DNA of 64,000 bases from Octopus vulgaris (GCA_951406725.2 OX597818.1:13082001-13146000), one strand, 5' to 3'; shown: positions 12,385 through 26,913, numbered from the stretch's first letter. Notes: a model not told the origin generated them from the sequence alone. Made by a program: numbers and translations.

Positions 12385-13818
12385 AATTTACGATGTCGTG
12401 CTGCTACTGTTTATATCTCGCTCAGATATTTATTATTGATTAACGGTATTGTTTGATAGAAAATCGTCGAAATGTCACTTAGCTATTCATAAATTTACTT
12501 TGGTATTCATCATACGAACAAGAATGTTCTTTGACTGTTGAAATGATTTTGAAATATTTTTGTAATAAACTTGAAATCTGTTGGTCATTCATGTCATAAA
12601 TTTACTAACTTTTAAATGAATGCTGTAGCTATTTTAGGACGTATATTTTTGGATGTCAAAAACCGAATTTATACGCATACAAGATATTTAATACTGATTA
12701 TAATAAATTTACATAAAGCAATGTTTAATTCACTGCACCTCTTTAAAGTTTTGCTATGAAAGTTTTATTTTTTTTATTTTATCGTTATAAAAATATCTTT
12801 GTCCACTCCTCAATTTATTGTCGATTTCATAACTGGTGGATATTAACTTTTGCCCAGCTCTCTCTCCAATACTGTGACCGTTATCTTTTCATCTATTCCA
12901 TTTCTTTCATTCAGATAAAATACTCATTACTCCAGCAAAATTTTAATGCAGTGTATCCAAAATTGCTGGCTCGAACTATCCGTTCACAAGCCTATTCTTC
13001 GTTAAATAAGGTTTTCTATTATGTGATCAAAGACTATGTAGGTATCCGAGATACAAGTTACATAAACAACATTTGAATGAAATATATTCAAACAATTTTG
13101 AATATAATTGGACTTGCAATACAGCAAAGAAATTGGACTATTATTGTTATATGCAAAACGCAATAGCGCTAAAAATGTATGGAGATGAATATACAATCTT
13201 AAGTAAGAATGTACGCAAACAAATGTTAAAAACAAATAAGAGTGTTGCAATATTCCCAAACATATCCACACTGCGAAATTGCATAGCATACACAGACTAA
13301 AATTTCATTTCTTATCATCAAAGCACTCATACAAACAGTGTGATGAGTCAAGTGAACATCAAGATGTATGTCTTGGTGAAACAGAAATATAATTCTCAAA
13401 CACAATAAATATATCAACTATAAAATGCAATATGAAACTCTTCGCATTAGACATCGTTTTATACAAGGTGACCGAAGTAAAACTAGGCAAAATATAAATA
13501 CTAGAAAAATCCATAACAAACAGAAGAGAATTCACAAATATTCACATAGAGCTTCTGCCAAAAGTCACAGATATATCGCTCGTAAAACCATAAAAACTTC
13601 GCAAAAGAGCGCAATGAGATACATTCTGTAACGAATTCAGAGTGTGTTTGTATAAATATAAGTATGTACATACGCACGCACACACGCGCTCACATATATA
13701 CAAGTATACATATATATATATATATATGTATATCTAGATATCTATTTCCATATATATATATATACATATACTCACACACGCACACACACACACACACATA
13801 CAAACACACACACACACA

Positions 13819-13868
<50 letters not shown>

Positions 13869-14124
13869 AGGGTAATCAGACAAGGCACAAGATGCTAAAA
13901 TAATTTTATCATAAAGGACATTTTAGTACCGATTTCAGTCTTTTTCAACTTAGAGTAAGCTATGAGAAACTATTAATTTGTGGAAAAAATGAATGAACTG
14001 TTTTTTTTTTATCTTTATATTTAAGAGATATGTAATTATGTACATTATTTACATCTGACGGATATTAGGAAATTGGGTTCTCATCCCTAAGGTATTTTTC
14101 GATGTTATTATTATTATTATTATG

Positions 14125-14260
<136 letters not shown>

Positions 14261-14445
14261 TTTAAAAAACAGTCCATTTAAGTTTTCCACAATTCAATTG
14301 CTTTCATGCTTTACTCCCAGCTGAAAAGTCGCGGAGACTGGAACCATAACTAAAATATTCTTCATGATGAAATTATTTTAGCATATTCTACCTTAACTTA
14401 TTTTCCTTATACATATCAACTTGTGTGATCCTTCCAACCTCCTCA

Positions 14446-14478
<33 letters not shown>

Positions 14479-14546
14479 TATATATATATAGAGAGAGAGA
14501 GGAGGAGAGAGACAGATAAACTTATACACACTTATATATGTGTGTG

Positions 14547-14579
<33 letters not shown>

Positions 14580-14584
14580 CATTT

Positions 14585-14963
14585 TGTTACTTGTCTCGGT
14601 TATTTGACTGTAGCCATGCCGAATCACCGCCTATAGTCGAAAAAATCAACCCCAGGGCTTATTGTTTGTAAGACTGGAACTTATGCTATGAAAATCTTTT
14701 GTCGAACTGCTAGGTTACGGGTATGGAAACACACTAACACATATTGTCAAGCGATAGTGTTGGAACAGACGCAGATACAGAAACACACACACAAATATAT
14801 ACGACGGGCTTCTTTCAGTTTCTGTCAACCAAATCCACTCACAAATCTTTGATCGGCCCGAGGCTATAGTAGCAGACACTTGCCCTAGGTGCCACGCTGT
14901 GGGAATGAACCCGGAAGCATGTGGTTCGGAAGCTTCTTATCATAGGTGTGACACCTATGCCTA
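14585..14963 (-). mobile_element. tRNA-derived SINE family A
   Basis: Diverged reverse complement of 26692-27138. Confidence 0.8.
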
Positions 14964-14967
14964 TACG

Positions 14968-15178
<211 letters not shown>

Positions 15179-15495
15179 CGGCTGATGCTGAGAACGTGAA
15201 ACAGGCATTAAAAGTTTAAATACTGGGTTCTAAGCGTTCATCTTCTATTCTTCATGTATGTGCCACTGCATGGTCGCAGTCTAATGACTGAAACGATTAA
15301 TAAAGTGTATATGTGCGTGTTTCTTTGTGCGTTGTGTGTCCGTATGTGCAGGCATGTTTCTGTATTTATGTGTGTTCATATGCAGATACGTATCAATTGA
15401 GAGATAGAGAAATCGCTTCTGGCACGAGAGATTTTATGGCTGTGTGTCTCGATATTTCGATAAATCTAACCATGCGCACACTTTTGGAGGATATG

Positions 15496-15549
<54 letters not shown>

Positions 15550-15551
15550 AG

Positions 15552-15585
<34 letters not shown>

Positions 15586-15587
15586 CA

Positions 15588-15780
15588 CGGACTCGCGGTC
15601 GAAGGATCGCAGGTTCGAATCTCAGACCGGGTGATGTGTGTGTTTATGAGCGAAATACCTAAGCTCTACGCGGCTTCGGCAGAAAGTAATGGCAAACTTC
15701 TGCTGACTCTTTCACCACAACTTTCTCTCACCCTTTCCTCCTGCATCGAGCAGCTCACATGCAAGATGCAGGTGGATTTG
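15588..15780 (+). mobile_element. Probable tRNA-derived SINE fragment (other family)
   Basis: B-box GGTTCGAATC at ~15612 in tRNA-like context. Confidence 0.45.
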
Positions 15781-15851
15781 AGAAGTTATAATGTATATGC
15801 AAGAGGCACATCCTGGATTTGCCTCGCACTTATATGTTTAATCTAGGCGTA

Positions 15852-15920
15852 CCTGTTGATGAAGACTTTGCCTAGCAAATTATTTTATGTGCTAAAGTAC
15901 GCCAGAAACCATGGTCAAGG
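15852..15920 (+). ncRNA. Degenerate hammerhead motif
   Basis: CCTG-TTGATGA...GAAAC catg GTC-AAGG; palindromic ACCATGGT; stems I and II eroded. Confidence 0.35.
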
Positions 15921-16022
15921 AGAGAGATGGTAAATGTTTTTATGTTCCATTCCCTTTGAGTTTTTATCGATCATAGTGGTTTGGACTTTAGCTGTACCTT
16001 CTAGCGTGAGGTTGTAAATATA

Positions 16023-16081
<59 letters not shown>

Positions 16082-16123
16082 GTTATATATATATATGTAT
16101 ATATATATGTATATATATATATG

Positions 16124-16207
<84 letters not shown>

Positions 16208-16227
16208 TCAATATACATATATATATA

Positions 16228-16318
16228 GTCGTTTGACTGTGGCCATGGTGGGGTATCACCTTTAGTCGAGCAAATTGACACCTAGGACTTTGTAAACCTA
16301 GTACTTATTCTATCAGTC
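16228..16318 (-). mobile_element. SINE family A, 3' fragment
   Basis: CTTTAGTCGAGCAAATTGAC...TACTTATTCTATC. Confidence 0.65.
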
Positions 16319-16874
16319 ATTGTTGATGAAGCACCGTGACTCACCCCCTCCAAAGAAGGCAAGGGTGCAGCCCTCCGCTGTCAAGGTCTTGCTGACAGTC
16401 TTCTGGGACCAGGACGGAGTAGTGATGATAGATTTCCTGGCAAAGGGTACCACAATTGCAGGAGCCTATTATGCTTCACTTTTGAGGAAATTAAGAGAAG
16501 TTATCAAAATCAAGAGGCGGGGCAAGATCAGCAAAGGCATCCTCCTCCTGCAGGACAACGCTCCGGTCCACAACTCGCTTGTCGCCAGATCAGAAGCACA
16601 TCCTCTGATTTTCACCTCTTCCCAATCATGAAGTTGTTTTTGAAAGGAAAGCGTTTCCCAGATGATGCAGCCTTGATTTCTGAAGTCACGTTGAGGTTGG
16701 AGGACCAAGCTGGGTTCTTCTACAAAAACGGTCTCCAGAGCCGCATCAAACAATGGGAGAAATGCGTAACTCTGTGTGGTTCCTATGTAGAAAAATACTA
16801 ATAACTGTGCCAAGTTTCGTTGCTCTACTGCCATGGGCAGTGGGTCAGAGGCATTACTTATTGAACGCCCCTCG
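16319..16874 (+). mobile_element. Mariner (Tc1/mariner) transposon, 3' half with right TIR
   Basis: KVLLTVFWDQDGVV...LLQDNAPVH, then SDFHLFP; TIR ...ATTACTTATTGAACGCCCCTCG followed by TA. Confidence 0.9.
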
Positions 16875-17351
16875 TACACACACACATTCACGCACACTTA
16901 CACCTCTCCTCACACACTCACACACATACACATGTATTTAAACCTATTTAAAAAAGTGGATTTAGTGTTAGATCACAGTATACTGCGCTAGTTAATATGA
17001 GTGAACATCTCGTATGACCTTTTGGTGTATATAAGCACTCTTGTTAACATCGCAAGCGGAGTATAAATCACCCGCCATTGTCACCGCCAAGGCTGTGATG
17101 ACGTGATATCGTCCTTCCTTGATCTAGTCAATGGTAGATTCTCGACCGCTAGAAGTAGTAGCGATATCTCCTCTAGTGATATACGTAGAAACGACCATGC
17201 GCTCATAGATGCACCAGTAGTTTCCCCAAGAATTGACGTAATATGAAGAAATAGAAATTCCAAGACACACAATTGCGTGCGCATAGAACTGTGTCCCAAC
17301 AACCCCGTTTACTAAAAGTTGTCCTGCAAAAACCATCTGACCATCAAACCA

Positions 17352-17403
<52 letters not shown>

Positions 17404-17604
17404 CACCACCCTTAGTTGTTGTTTTTTCTAAAATACAGTTCTTAATATTCAATATAGAAAAAATATATTATATATATACACACATAAATACAGAAATATA
17501 TACACGAGACACAATTGATTATTAAAATAACAACATAGACAATAACATATGAACAAAAAAGAACTGCACCGTTTCATAAAAAAATACACGAGCAAATATA
17601 TGTG

Positions 17605-17701
<97 letters not shown>

Positions 17702-17746
17702 ATATATATATATACATATATATATGTATCTATGTATATGTATGTA

Positions 17747-17815
<69 letters not shown>

Positions 17816-17866
17816 GTATGTATACATATATATATGTATATATATATATATATATGTATCTATGTA

Positions 17867-17903
<37 letters not shown>

Positions 17904-18738
17904 ACACATACAACCGATGCAGAATTATGTTCTCTCGTATATTCCATTGGCGTGAAACGTGAGTTGCGATAGAAACGCTGGCTTTCAGTTTCAATACATA
18001 ATAAATTTATATAATTACGTGTGTGTATGTGTTTGAGTCTGTGTGTATGTAAAGAGGGAGAAAGAGAAGAGAGAAGTGCATACAAAATCGGATGTATGTC
18101 TGATGCATTTATGGGCATATTTTTCTCATTATTTTAGTTTTAATATAGATATCACTTCTCACACATGACCTCTTGTTATCTGGAGACTGTTGTTCAGTCG
18201 AGAATTCGTTGGTTGCAAATCAATTTTTTATTCCTTCAATCGGTTATTGATCTGAAAATCCAGGCTAAATTATTATCTTCTGATTGTCTATCTAGAATGA
18301 TGATGATACAACATATTCTCTTTGGTTTTCTTTTTATATGTTTCACTGGGATGGCGACAAGCGAACGGGAAACTTAAGTATTCATATGCAGTGGAAGAAT
18401 TTACACACGGCTAAACTAAACAGTAATATGGTCTGTGTCCTTGCATACACGTGTTTAGAGTGGACTACTTGGTGCTTAAATTTCTTCTTTATGGGCTCCA
18501 TAAAAACCTAAAGTACATATTCATATATGCTTTTACCTACTTATGAGCGCGTGTCTAATACCTCACATGGAATTTCAGAGATATTCGCTCCAGTTTTCTT
18601 AGAAATTTTATTCTCACTTGAATAAGAGTAGAGATATTCATGTGTATCACGTAATGTGCTCTGAGCTATTTTTGCCAGCATAATTGTTACTTTTGTTGTC
18701 GTCGTCGTCATCATACTCATCATCATCCTCATCATCAT

Positions 18739-18790
<52 letters not shown>

Positions 18791-18817
18791 GTCATTATCA
18801 TCATCATCATTATTATA

Positions 18818-18935
18818 AGGTGGCGAACTAGCTGAATCGTTAGCGCGCTGGACGAAATGCGTAGCTGTATTCCACACGTAGCTACCTTTTGAGTTCAAAT
18901 TCCGTAGACGTCGACATTCATATTTTCGGAGACGA
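18818..18935 (+). mobile_element. SINE family B, 5' fragment
   Basis: Similar to 38538-38660. Confidence 0.6.
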
Positions 18936-19069
18936 TGGAATTGAATCATTCTTTCCTCAGATTTGCTCTCCTTGTGGAAAAAATGAAACCGTTATAATAA
19001 CAAAAATAATAATAATAATAATAATAATAATAATTATTATTATTATTATTATCATCATCATCATCATTA

Positions 19070-19160
<91 letters not shown>

Positions 19161-19680
19161 GTTATCTTTGACTTTTGCTTTGCATTTGTAGAAGTTGGCT
19201 CCAAGTCTCACCCAGAGACCTTAAGAGATAACAAGTTAGAAGTTCATGTTGGTATTATGCGTAGGGTGCCATATATTTGGTTTTGTACATAGTATTGTTC
19301 AAAGAATGTTTAAGAAACCATAACAAAATTTGTGGCATTTCCGGGTTTCCTGGTATCTGAGCTAGGTAGCAATCAGCCCGTTTTGCTAACATTCTTAGGG
19401 TACTTATGACAACAGGTATTGTTTTAGACTTCAGATTCCACATTTTGCTAATTTCTGTTTCAAGATCTTTATACTTGCTCAGTTTCTGGTAGGTTTTGAC
19501 AGATACGTTTATATCGATTGGGACAGTCATGTCAATGAGGAGGAATGATTTATGTCTGAAATCTTTCAATATGATGTCTGGCCTATTTGCATCTATCTTT
19601 CTGACAGTTTGAATAAGTTCCAGAGGTGTAAGATGTAATCATTTTCGAGCACTGGAGGTGGTTTGTGTTCTCACCAGTTG
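19161..19680 (-). mobile_element. R4/Dong-like LINE 3' fragment (RLE domain plus 3' UTR)
   Basis: LLIDMTVP...KLSKYKDL..ISKMWNLK..IPVV; 3' end abuts (TAA)n. Confidence 0.85.
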
Positions 19681-19684
19681 GTAG

Positions 19685-20165
19685 TTGAGTGCTGATAATT
19701 CCAAGTGCACCAATTACTATCGGCATCACGTCTGCTCTCTTCATTGACCAAAACCTTCGTATTTCCCACTTTAAAATCGTAATAGATTTTTTCTTTCACA
19801 TTGATCCTTTTGTTCGCCAGGGCATGCTATTTCGATTATCCTACATGTTCCTTTCTTTTATATTCACCACAACAATGTCCAGTTTTCTATATCTCGTCAG
19901 GAGATCGCACTAGATCATTAAGTCCGACAGGATTTTGCAGCTCTCATTTTTGGTGAATCCTTCTGGGATTTGCTCATACCACGTTTTTGCTCTTTGTAGG
20001 CCGTGATTATTTTTGCCACATTGTCATGGCGTTGTTTGTATTCGCGTTGTGTCAATTTCGGGCATTCGCTAACGATGTGCCATAACGTTTCACCCCTCTC
20101 ACCACACATTTTGCATTTGTCACAATCGGCAGTGTTGTCAATTCTGCACATCATAATCTGTCTTG
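19685..20165 (-). mobile_element. R4/Dong-like LINE fragment, second subfamily (CCHC plus RLE)
   Basis: CKMCGERGETLWHIVSECPKL..EYKQRHDNVAK. Confidence 0.8.
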
Positions 20166-20204
20166 GAATTCACTTTATTATCATCATCATTATTATTATT
20201 ATTA

Positions 20205-20304
<100 letters not shown>

Positions 20305-20312
20305 CATTATTA

Positions 20313-20397
<85 letters not shown>

Positions 20398-20399
<2 letters not shown>

Positions 20400-20550
20400 T
20401 ATGTTTGACTTTTGCTTTATATCTGTACAAGTTGGCTCCAAGCCTCACCCAAAGACCTCAAGAGACAACAGGTTGGAAGTTCTGTGCCATATATTTGGGG
20501 TTTTTTTGGGGTTTTTTTTGGTGTTGTACTAGTGAATGTTTAATACATAA

Positions 20551-20581
<31 letters not shown>

Positions 20582-21103
20582 TAAATAAAATAAAATAAAA
20601 TAAAATAAAAATAAGAATAAAAAAAAGTTTGTTTTAAACCTGGGGATTACATAGAGAGTATTTTGCGTAGGATATGAGCAGTTCCCATGAGCACTATCTT
20701 TTGAATTTCTGCCATTTTGGGGTTTCCTGGTATCTGAGTTAGGTAGCAATCAGTCCCTTTCGCTATCATTCCCAGGGCACCTATGACAACAGGTATTGTT
20801 TTAGTCTTCAGCTTCCACATTTTGCTGATTTCTATTTCAAGATCTTTATATTTGCTCAGTGTTTGGTAGGTCTTCACAGATACGTTTATATCGATTGGGA
20901 CAGTCATATCAAGGAGGAGGAATATTCTTTGTCTGAAGTCTTTCAATATGATGTCTTGCCTATTTGCATCTATCTTCCTGTCAGTATGAATGGTGAAGTT
21001 CCAGAGGAGTGAGATGTGGTCATTTTCAGGCACTGGAGGTGGATTGTGTTCCCACCAGTTTTTTTCATGGGGCAAATCCAGGTTTTTGCAAATTACCCAG
21101 TGA
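20398..21103 (-). mobile_element. R4/Dong-like LINE 3' fragment
   Basis: ORF 20647-21075: LLWNFTIHTDRKIDANRQDII...KYKDL...IPVVIGALG; (TTA)n on both sides. Confidence 0.9.
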
Positions 21104-21104
21104 A

Positions 21105-21217
<113 letters not shown>

Positions 21218-21239
21218 TTATCATTATTATTATTTAATA

Positions 21240-21470
21240 TAGGTGTCGTGCTGCTAGAAATACTGCATGCTGGCCGAAATACTTAGCGGTATTTTGTCTG
21301 CCGTTACGTTCTGAGTTCAAATTCCACCGAGATCGACTTTGCCTTTCCTGCTTTCGGGGTCATTTAAATAAGTACCAGCTACGCACTGGGGTCGATGTAA
21401 TCAACTTAATCCTTTTGTCTGTCCGTGTTTATCCCCTCTGTGAGTAGCCCCCTGTGGGCAATAATAAAAC
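21240..21470 (+). mobile_element. SINE family B (Meta/MESC-like domain)
   Basis: GAGTTCAAATTCC B-box; CGACTTTGCCTTTC..CTTTCGGGGTC...AGTACCAG. Confidence 0.7.
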
Positions 21471-21893
21471 AAATATTATTACGCTTTTACTTCTCAGACC
21501 GTTCGGTCTTATTTGTTTTGGTAGATTCCTCTGAAAGCTGACAGCAACCTGATGACAGAGGTCGCATAGGGTCTCTTTCGGCACATTATAAGATTCCATA
21601 CTTGGCTGTTAATTATCCTGGGTGACATTCAACATCTTAGTACCAATCTCAAAATCCTAGATCTCCCCTGCAGAGCAGTTTTTGGCTTGCTCTGCTCTCA
21701 TGTCAATTCTAATTTTTTTGACATGTTTATCGGACTTCTGCTTCTACAACTACTGGAATAACAGACATTCTCTTCATATTCCACATTCTTGCAATTTCGT
21801 CTTTTAGCAGTCTGTACTTTTCGATTTCTTCTTCTTCTCCTCCTCCCCCTCCCCTCCTCCTTCTTCCTCTTCTTCTTCTTCTTTTCCTTCTCC

Positions 21894-21960
<67 letters not shown>

Positions 21961-21961
21961 G

Positions 21962-22007
<46 letters not shown>

Positions 22008-22024
22008 GTAGTAGTAGTAGTATT

Positions 22025-22713
22025 CAGCAGTCTTGTTTTTATCATGTGCTTTCACTGCATTACCGAGCGCTGCTCTATGTGCTGTGGTCTGTTGTGATGC
22101 TTTTATTGTTACTGTATTAGAAGTATTTTACGTAGGATGTGTGCGGTGCCTAAAAATGCTATTTCTGTATGTTATATATATTTGTTAGACCTGGTGATTT
22201 TGCTATGTATTCATCTGAACATTTTGGTATCATACCTAATGTGCCTACATTGATAGGAAATGTTTCTGTTTTTACACTCCACATTCGAGTTACCTCTATT
22301 TCCAGAATTTTGTATTTTGAAAGTTTTTCCGTTTCTTTTAGTGAAACATTGTCATCTGTTGGTATTGATACATCGATTGAAATTCATTTTTTTTTCTTTG
22401 TGATCTCTGACAACTATATCTGGCCTATTGGCCATAATTTCTCTGTGTGTGTATTCGTATGTCCCAGAGTATGGTTGCATCCTCATTTTCTGTGATCTTT
22501 TCTGATGTGTGCCTATACCATCTATTTTCTGTTGTTATTCAATAGTGTTGGCGTAGCTTCCAGTGTATATAGTTCTAAATTAGTCCTTCTTAGCTAGGAT
22601 TGGGCAGCCAGGGTCAATATGTTTTATTCTTTCTTCTCCATCTCCACATATTCTACAGCTACTTGTTTTATTTCCTTTCATTACATATTTTTTGGTAACT
22701 TCTGGTGGAAAGG

Positions 22714-22715
<2 letters not shown>
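22025..22715 (-). mobile_element. R4/Dong-like LINE 3' fragment
   Basis: Minus strand shows RPD-IVV and KLSKY-type RLE motifs; flanked by (TTA)n/(TAG)n. Confidence 0.7.
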
Positions 22716-22797
<82 letters not shown>

Positions 22798-22799
22798 TC

Positions 22800-23830
22800 T
22801 AGTAAAAACTCACAGGTTATTTGTCTGGGTAGCATGTAAGTTACTGCTGCGCATAGCCAGCAAACTATCGTTATATTTGTTTCCCGATCATACTTCAAGA
22901 ACCCTGCAGGGAACTCTGGCAGTTCCAAGCAATGAGAATTTTTCTAGGTGTTCTGTCTTTACATTTGTAGCAATCTTTTTTCTCTGTATTGGTAGTGATT
23001 CAACGGTCAGATCATGGTCATTTGCTATTTACCTCTCTTACTTCTCATGTTGACTTTCTCATCATTTGGGACCGTAAAGTCAATTACCTGTCGTTTTCTA
23101 TTTTCTTTGTCTACATCTACTAAATCAACCCTTCTAGTTTCTATTATTTTCAGTTTGAATGTTAAAATCCCACCATATCTATCATTACTTACTTTCTAGT
23201 ACTTTACTATGTTCTTGTTCCTACCATTTATCAGTATGGTCAAATCCTAGCTTCCCACAGAACTCGCAGTGGATCACTCTCCCTATGTTGCCATCTTATT
23301 TCTTGAATTCTTTCTGTGCTAGTATGCAACATTCGCCTACTATTTGAGTAACCCTTTCCTCTTTTGGTTCATAAAACCAATTTTGGGAATTTTGTTTATC
23401 TTGGCTTTTATCCAATTAATCCTGAATACTTCATCTTATGCTGCAACAAATAAATTGTCCATCTCCTTTTTCAGCCTTACTGTCTGTAATCATAATCATA
23501 TTTCATTATTATTATTTCCGGCAGCTACCTTTGGGAATCTACCATGCAAAACCTTCTCTTTTCAGTTAGATAATCCTTCTTCTTTTTTCTTGCTTTTATT
23601 ATCATTTTTCTTGTTTGATTTCTCTGCGTCTTAGTGTAACTCTAGCAGCTCTTAATAAACTTTTCTCACAATTACCTATATAAGAGGATACTCTAATTCC
23701 ACACACTTTTCAAGTGATATTAACCCTCTTCCTTTCTTGCTAAAGATAATCTTGCTAATACTGCTCTTGGATAAAGAATAGATTTTCTTATTCAGATGTT
23801 GTCAAGTCTCCAAGACATGCTGAATATCTA
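22800..23830 (-). mobile_element. Degenerate R4/Dong-like LINE fragment
   Basis: Minus-strand remnants of WHGRF, a CCHC region and WDF...IDF-type RLE region. Confidence 0.6.
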
Positions 23831-23903
23831 AGTAACGATACTATGTGTGTATGTATATATGTATGTATGTTTGTATATGCACACACAAACACACACACAC
23901 ACT

Positions 23904-23941
<38 letters not shown>

Positions 23942-24160
23942 CACACACACACACGCATATATATGTATATATATATATTATATAAAAGGGCTTAGTAAAA
24001 TAAATTACTTTGCCGCATACTGAACTCATTAGAAATAGCAGCTAAAAAACTTTTTTAAAACTATTTCTAATACTTAAAGAAAACCTCTCTCATATAGTGC
24101 TTGCTTAACTCACGAAAGTTTGGGGGTAAAGACATCAAAAAATCAAATGCAAAGGTTATT

Positions 24161-24212
24161 TGAGAACGTACGTTTCAAGATTAGTCAACGCGACACTTCT
24201 ATCATCAGCTCA
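24161..24212 (-). ncRNA. Mirror copy of the 24815-24866 hammerhead
   Basis: Reverse complement in the inverted arm. Confidence 0.65.
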
Positions 24213-24814
24213 GAAACTCCTTGGTTTGGATTTGAAAACACTGAAAGTGAGAGCATACCCTTTCGGCTTCTCATCGCTTTCGAAGATCCGCTCGTAACTA
24301 ACAGTGCCAACAAACTCAAATATGCAAGCGAAGAATTTCTGTTCTCCCCTTTCCACCAGCGTGGGTTAAAATCAGCAAACACTATGCTTATTTCGGTAAA
24401 ATCCGAAGCATTAATTAGAGGGAGATTAATTATAATTTCAACAATTGAGGGTAATGCGGCAAAGTAATTTATTTTACTAAGCCCTTTTATATAAGGTAAT
24501 AATTTGAATTCGCCTTAAATGGTCCCTTTGCATACTGAACACTTGGTGAAATTGATTAATAATTAATTAATTTTACCCTCAATTGTTGAAATTATAATTA
24601 ATCTCCCTCTAATTAATGCTTCGGATTTTACCGAAATAAGCATAGTGTTTGCTGATTTTAACCCACGCTGGTGGAAAGGGGAGAACAGAAATTCTTCGCT
24701 TGCATATTTGAGTTTGTTGGCACTGTTAGTTACGAGCGGATCTTCGAAAGCGATGAGAAGCCGAAAGGGTATGCTCTCACTTTCAGTGTTTTCAAATCCA
24801 AACCAAGGAGTTTC

Positions 24815-24866
24815 TGAGCTGATGATAGAAGTGTCGTGTTGACTAATCTTGAAACGTACGTTCTCA
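24815..24866 (+). ncRNA. Type I hammerhead motif
   Basis: TGAG-CTGATGA-stem II (imperfect)-GAAAC gtac GTT-CTCA; palindromic AACGTACGTT. Confidence 0.65.
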
Positions 24867-25149
24867 AATAACCTTTGCATTTGATTTTTTGATGTCTTTA
24901 CCCCAAACTTTCGTGAGTTGAGTTAAGCAAGCACTATATGAGAGAGGTTTTCTTTAAGTATTAGAAATAGTTTTAAAAAAGGTTTTTAGCTGCTATTTCT
25001 AATGAGTTCAGTATGCGGCAAAGTAATTTATTTTACTAAGCCCTTTTATATAATGTAATAATTTGAATTCGCCTTAAATGGTCCCTTTGCATACTGAACA
25101 CTTGGTGAAATTGATTAATAATTAATTAATTTTACCCTCAATTGTTGAA

Positions 25150-25190
<41 letters not shown>

Positions 25191-25962
25191 AACACACACA
25201 TTATCAAAGACATAAACAATATTTATACACAAAGGTAAACTTTATATCCAGTTTATCATTGATGATTTGTTAGAATACTAAATGTTGTGTTATTAACCTT
25301 GAGACGTCCTCTCATGTATGTGTTTGGGGCATAAAAGCACAGCCTCACCCATATCGTAGCGGATGAAAACGATCTGTCCTATGCACCGGAATTCCAAATA
25401 TCAAGTGATTCAGTATTTAGACTATCAGCATCATTTAAGATACCAACGTCACAAATAGTTAGTATGCTTATAAAAAGAAAAAAATAATGATTATATGCGA
25501 CGAAGGTAATACTAATACTGAAAGGTAATCATTGTAACCAATACCGAATTCGGCGTTATTAGCCTTCAAAGGCTCTTTCATATAGGCGCTTAGTGCATAG
25601 AAGCACATACGTACACACATACACACACACACGCCTGCGCACCCAAACACGGAAACACACGCCCACACTTATACATATACGTGTGTGCCTGTGTGTGTGT
25701 GTACAGTGAGAGAGAGAGAGTGAGTGATAGGAAAATAGATGAATATGTAGATATCTGAAATATATATATTTATATATAGCTGTAAATATTTATACTACTC
25801 ACGCACACAGACACACATATATAGGATAAATATTTACATCTAAAGACGTATATTTCAGATATCTGCATATTCATGTATCTACCTATCACTCACTCCCTCA
25901 TTCTCTCTCTCTGTATACACACACACACATACACACGTATTGTAAATTAAATGCGATGTTTA

Positions 25963-26505
25963 GTAGCAATCTGAACATATAGGCAAAATTAATAGAGATC
26001 ATAAATGTGACAGGGGTAACGGCTAGCACCACTCTTGATAGAAAGAAGAGGTAAAATAACTCAAAATCACTAAGCACGATCTTAATGTCTAACACAGGGA
26101 GGTAAGCCCCCAGCATATATAGTCGGATGGGCGATTTGGATTTAGATGCAGACCATCTTAATTCTCAGTGGAGACTCTTAACACCTAGGGTTAAACCGAA
26201 GTAACTCTGTCGGTCTTATAAGAAAAACCTTTGAAAATATGTGCTGGTGTTCAAAACGGTAAAAGTGTAAACAACAAATTGGACCGGTGGCTCATTAGCA
26301 ATTTGAACCTACAGGCAAAATTAATAGAGGTCACAAGAGTGACAGAAGAAACTAACTAGCACCACTATTGCTAGAAAAAAAGCGGAAAAACAACTCAACG
26401 GTAGACGTTAAGATTCGCTGATGAGGATTAAAATGGTCTACATTAAAATCCGAAATCGCCGACCCGACTATATACGCTGGGGAACTACCTCCCTTTGTCA
26501 GTCAT
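25963..26505. mobile_element. Old pLTR-like module with direct and inverted repeats and a degenerate hammerhead
   Basis: ~25963-26063 repeats at ~26296-26398; ~26085-26190 is inverted at ~26400-26505; CTGATGA-GGATT...AATCC-GAAAT at 26418-26456. Confidence 0.55.
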
Positions 26506-26597
26506 TAATATAATGTTTTTGAATTGTTGTAACTCTTCTTTCTAGCAATTTTGTAACCTCCCTCTCTCTCCCTCTCTGTATATATACATACATACAT

Positions 26598-26691
<94 letters not shown>

Positions 26692-26694
<3 letters not shown>

Positions 26695-26869
26695 CGCAGG
26701 AGTGGCTGTGTGGTAAGTAGCTTGCTAACCAACCACATGGTTCCGGGTTCAGTCACACTGCGTGGCATCTTGGGCAAGTGTCTTCTGCTATAGCTCCGGA
26801 CCGACCAATGCCTTGTGAGTGGATTTGGTAGACGGAAACTGAAAGAAGCCTGTCGTATATATGTATATA

Positions 26870-26913
<44 letters not shown>

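Larger units (their letters stand above)
23978..25151. mobile_element. Hammerhead-bearing pLTR/retrozyme-like element: 559-bp unit, 139-bp terminal redundancy and an inverted copy
   Basis: 24454-24592 recurs at 25013-25151; 23978-24454 is the reverse complement of ~24573-25053; (TA)n on both sides. Confidence 0.8.

Noticed and set aside
18160-18690. Possible minus-strand coding exons
   Set aside because: Short frames with no recognisable protein similarity
24120-24880. Mirror-image ORFs of 115/105 aa and 65 aa
   Set aside because: They are duplicated only because of the inverted repeat, and show no recognisable motif
26692-26770. tRNA gene
   Set aside because: A and B boxes belong to a multi-copy SINE head; no full cloverleaf or poly-T terminator
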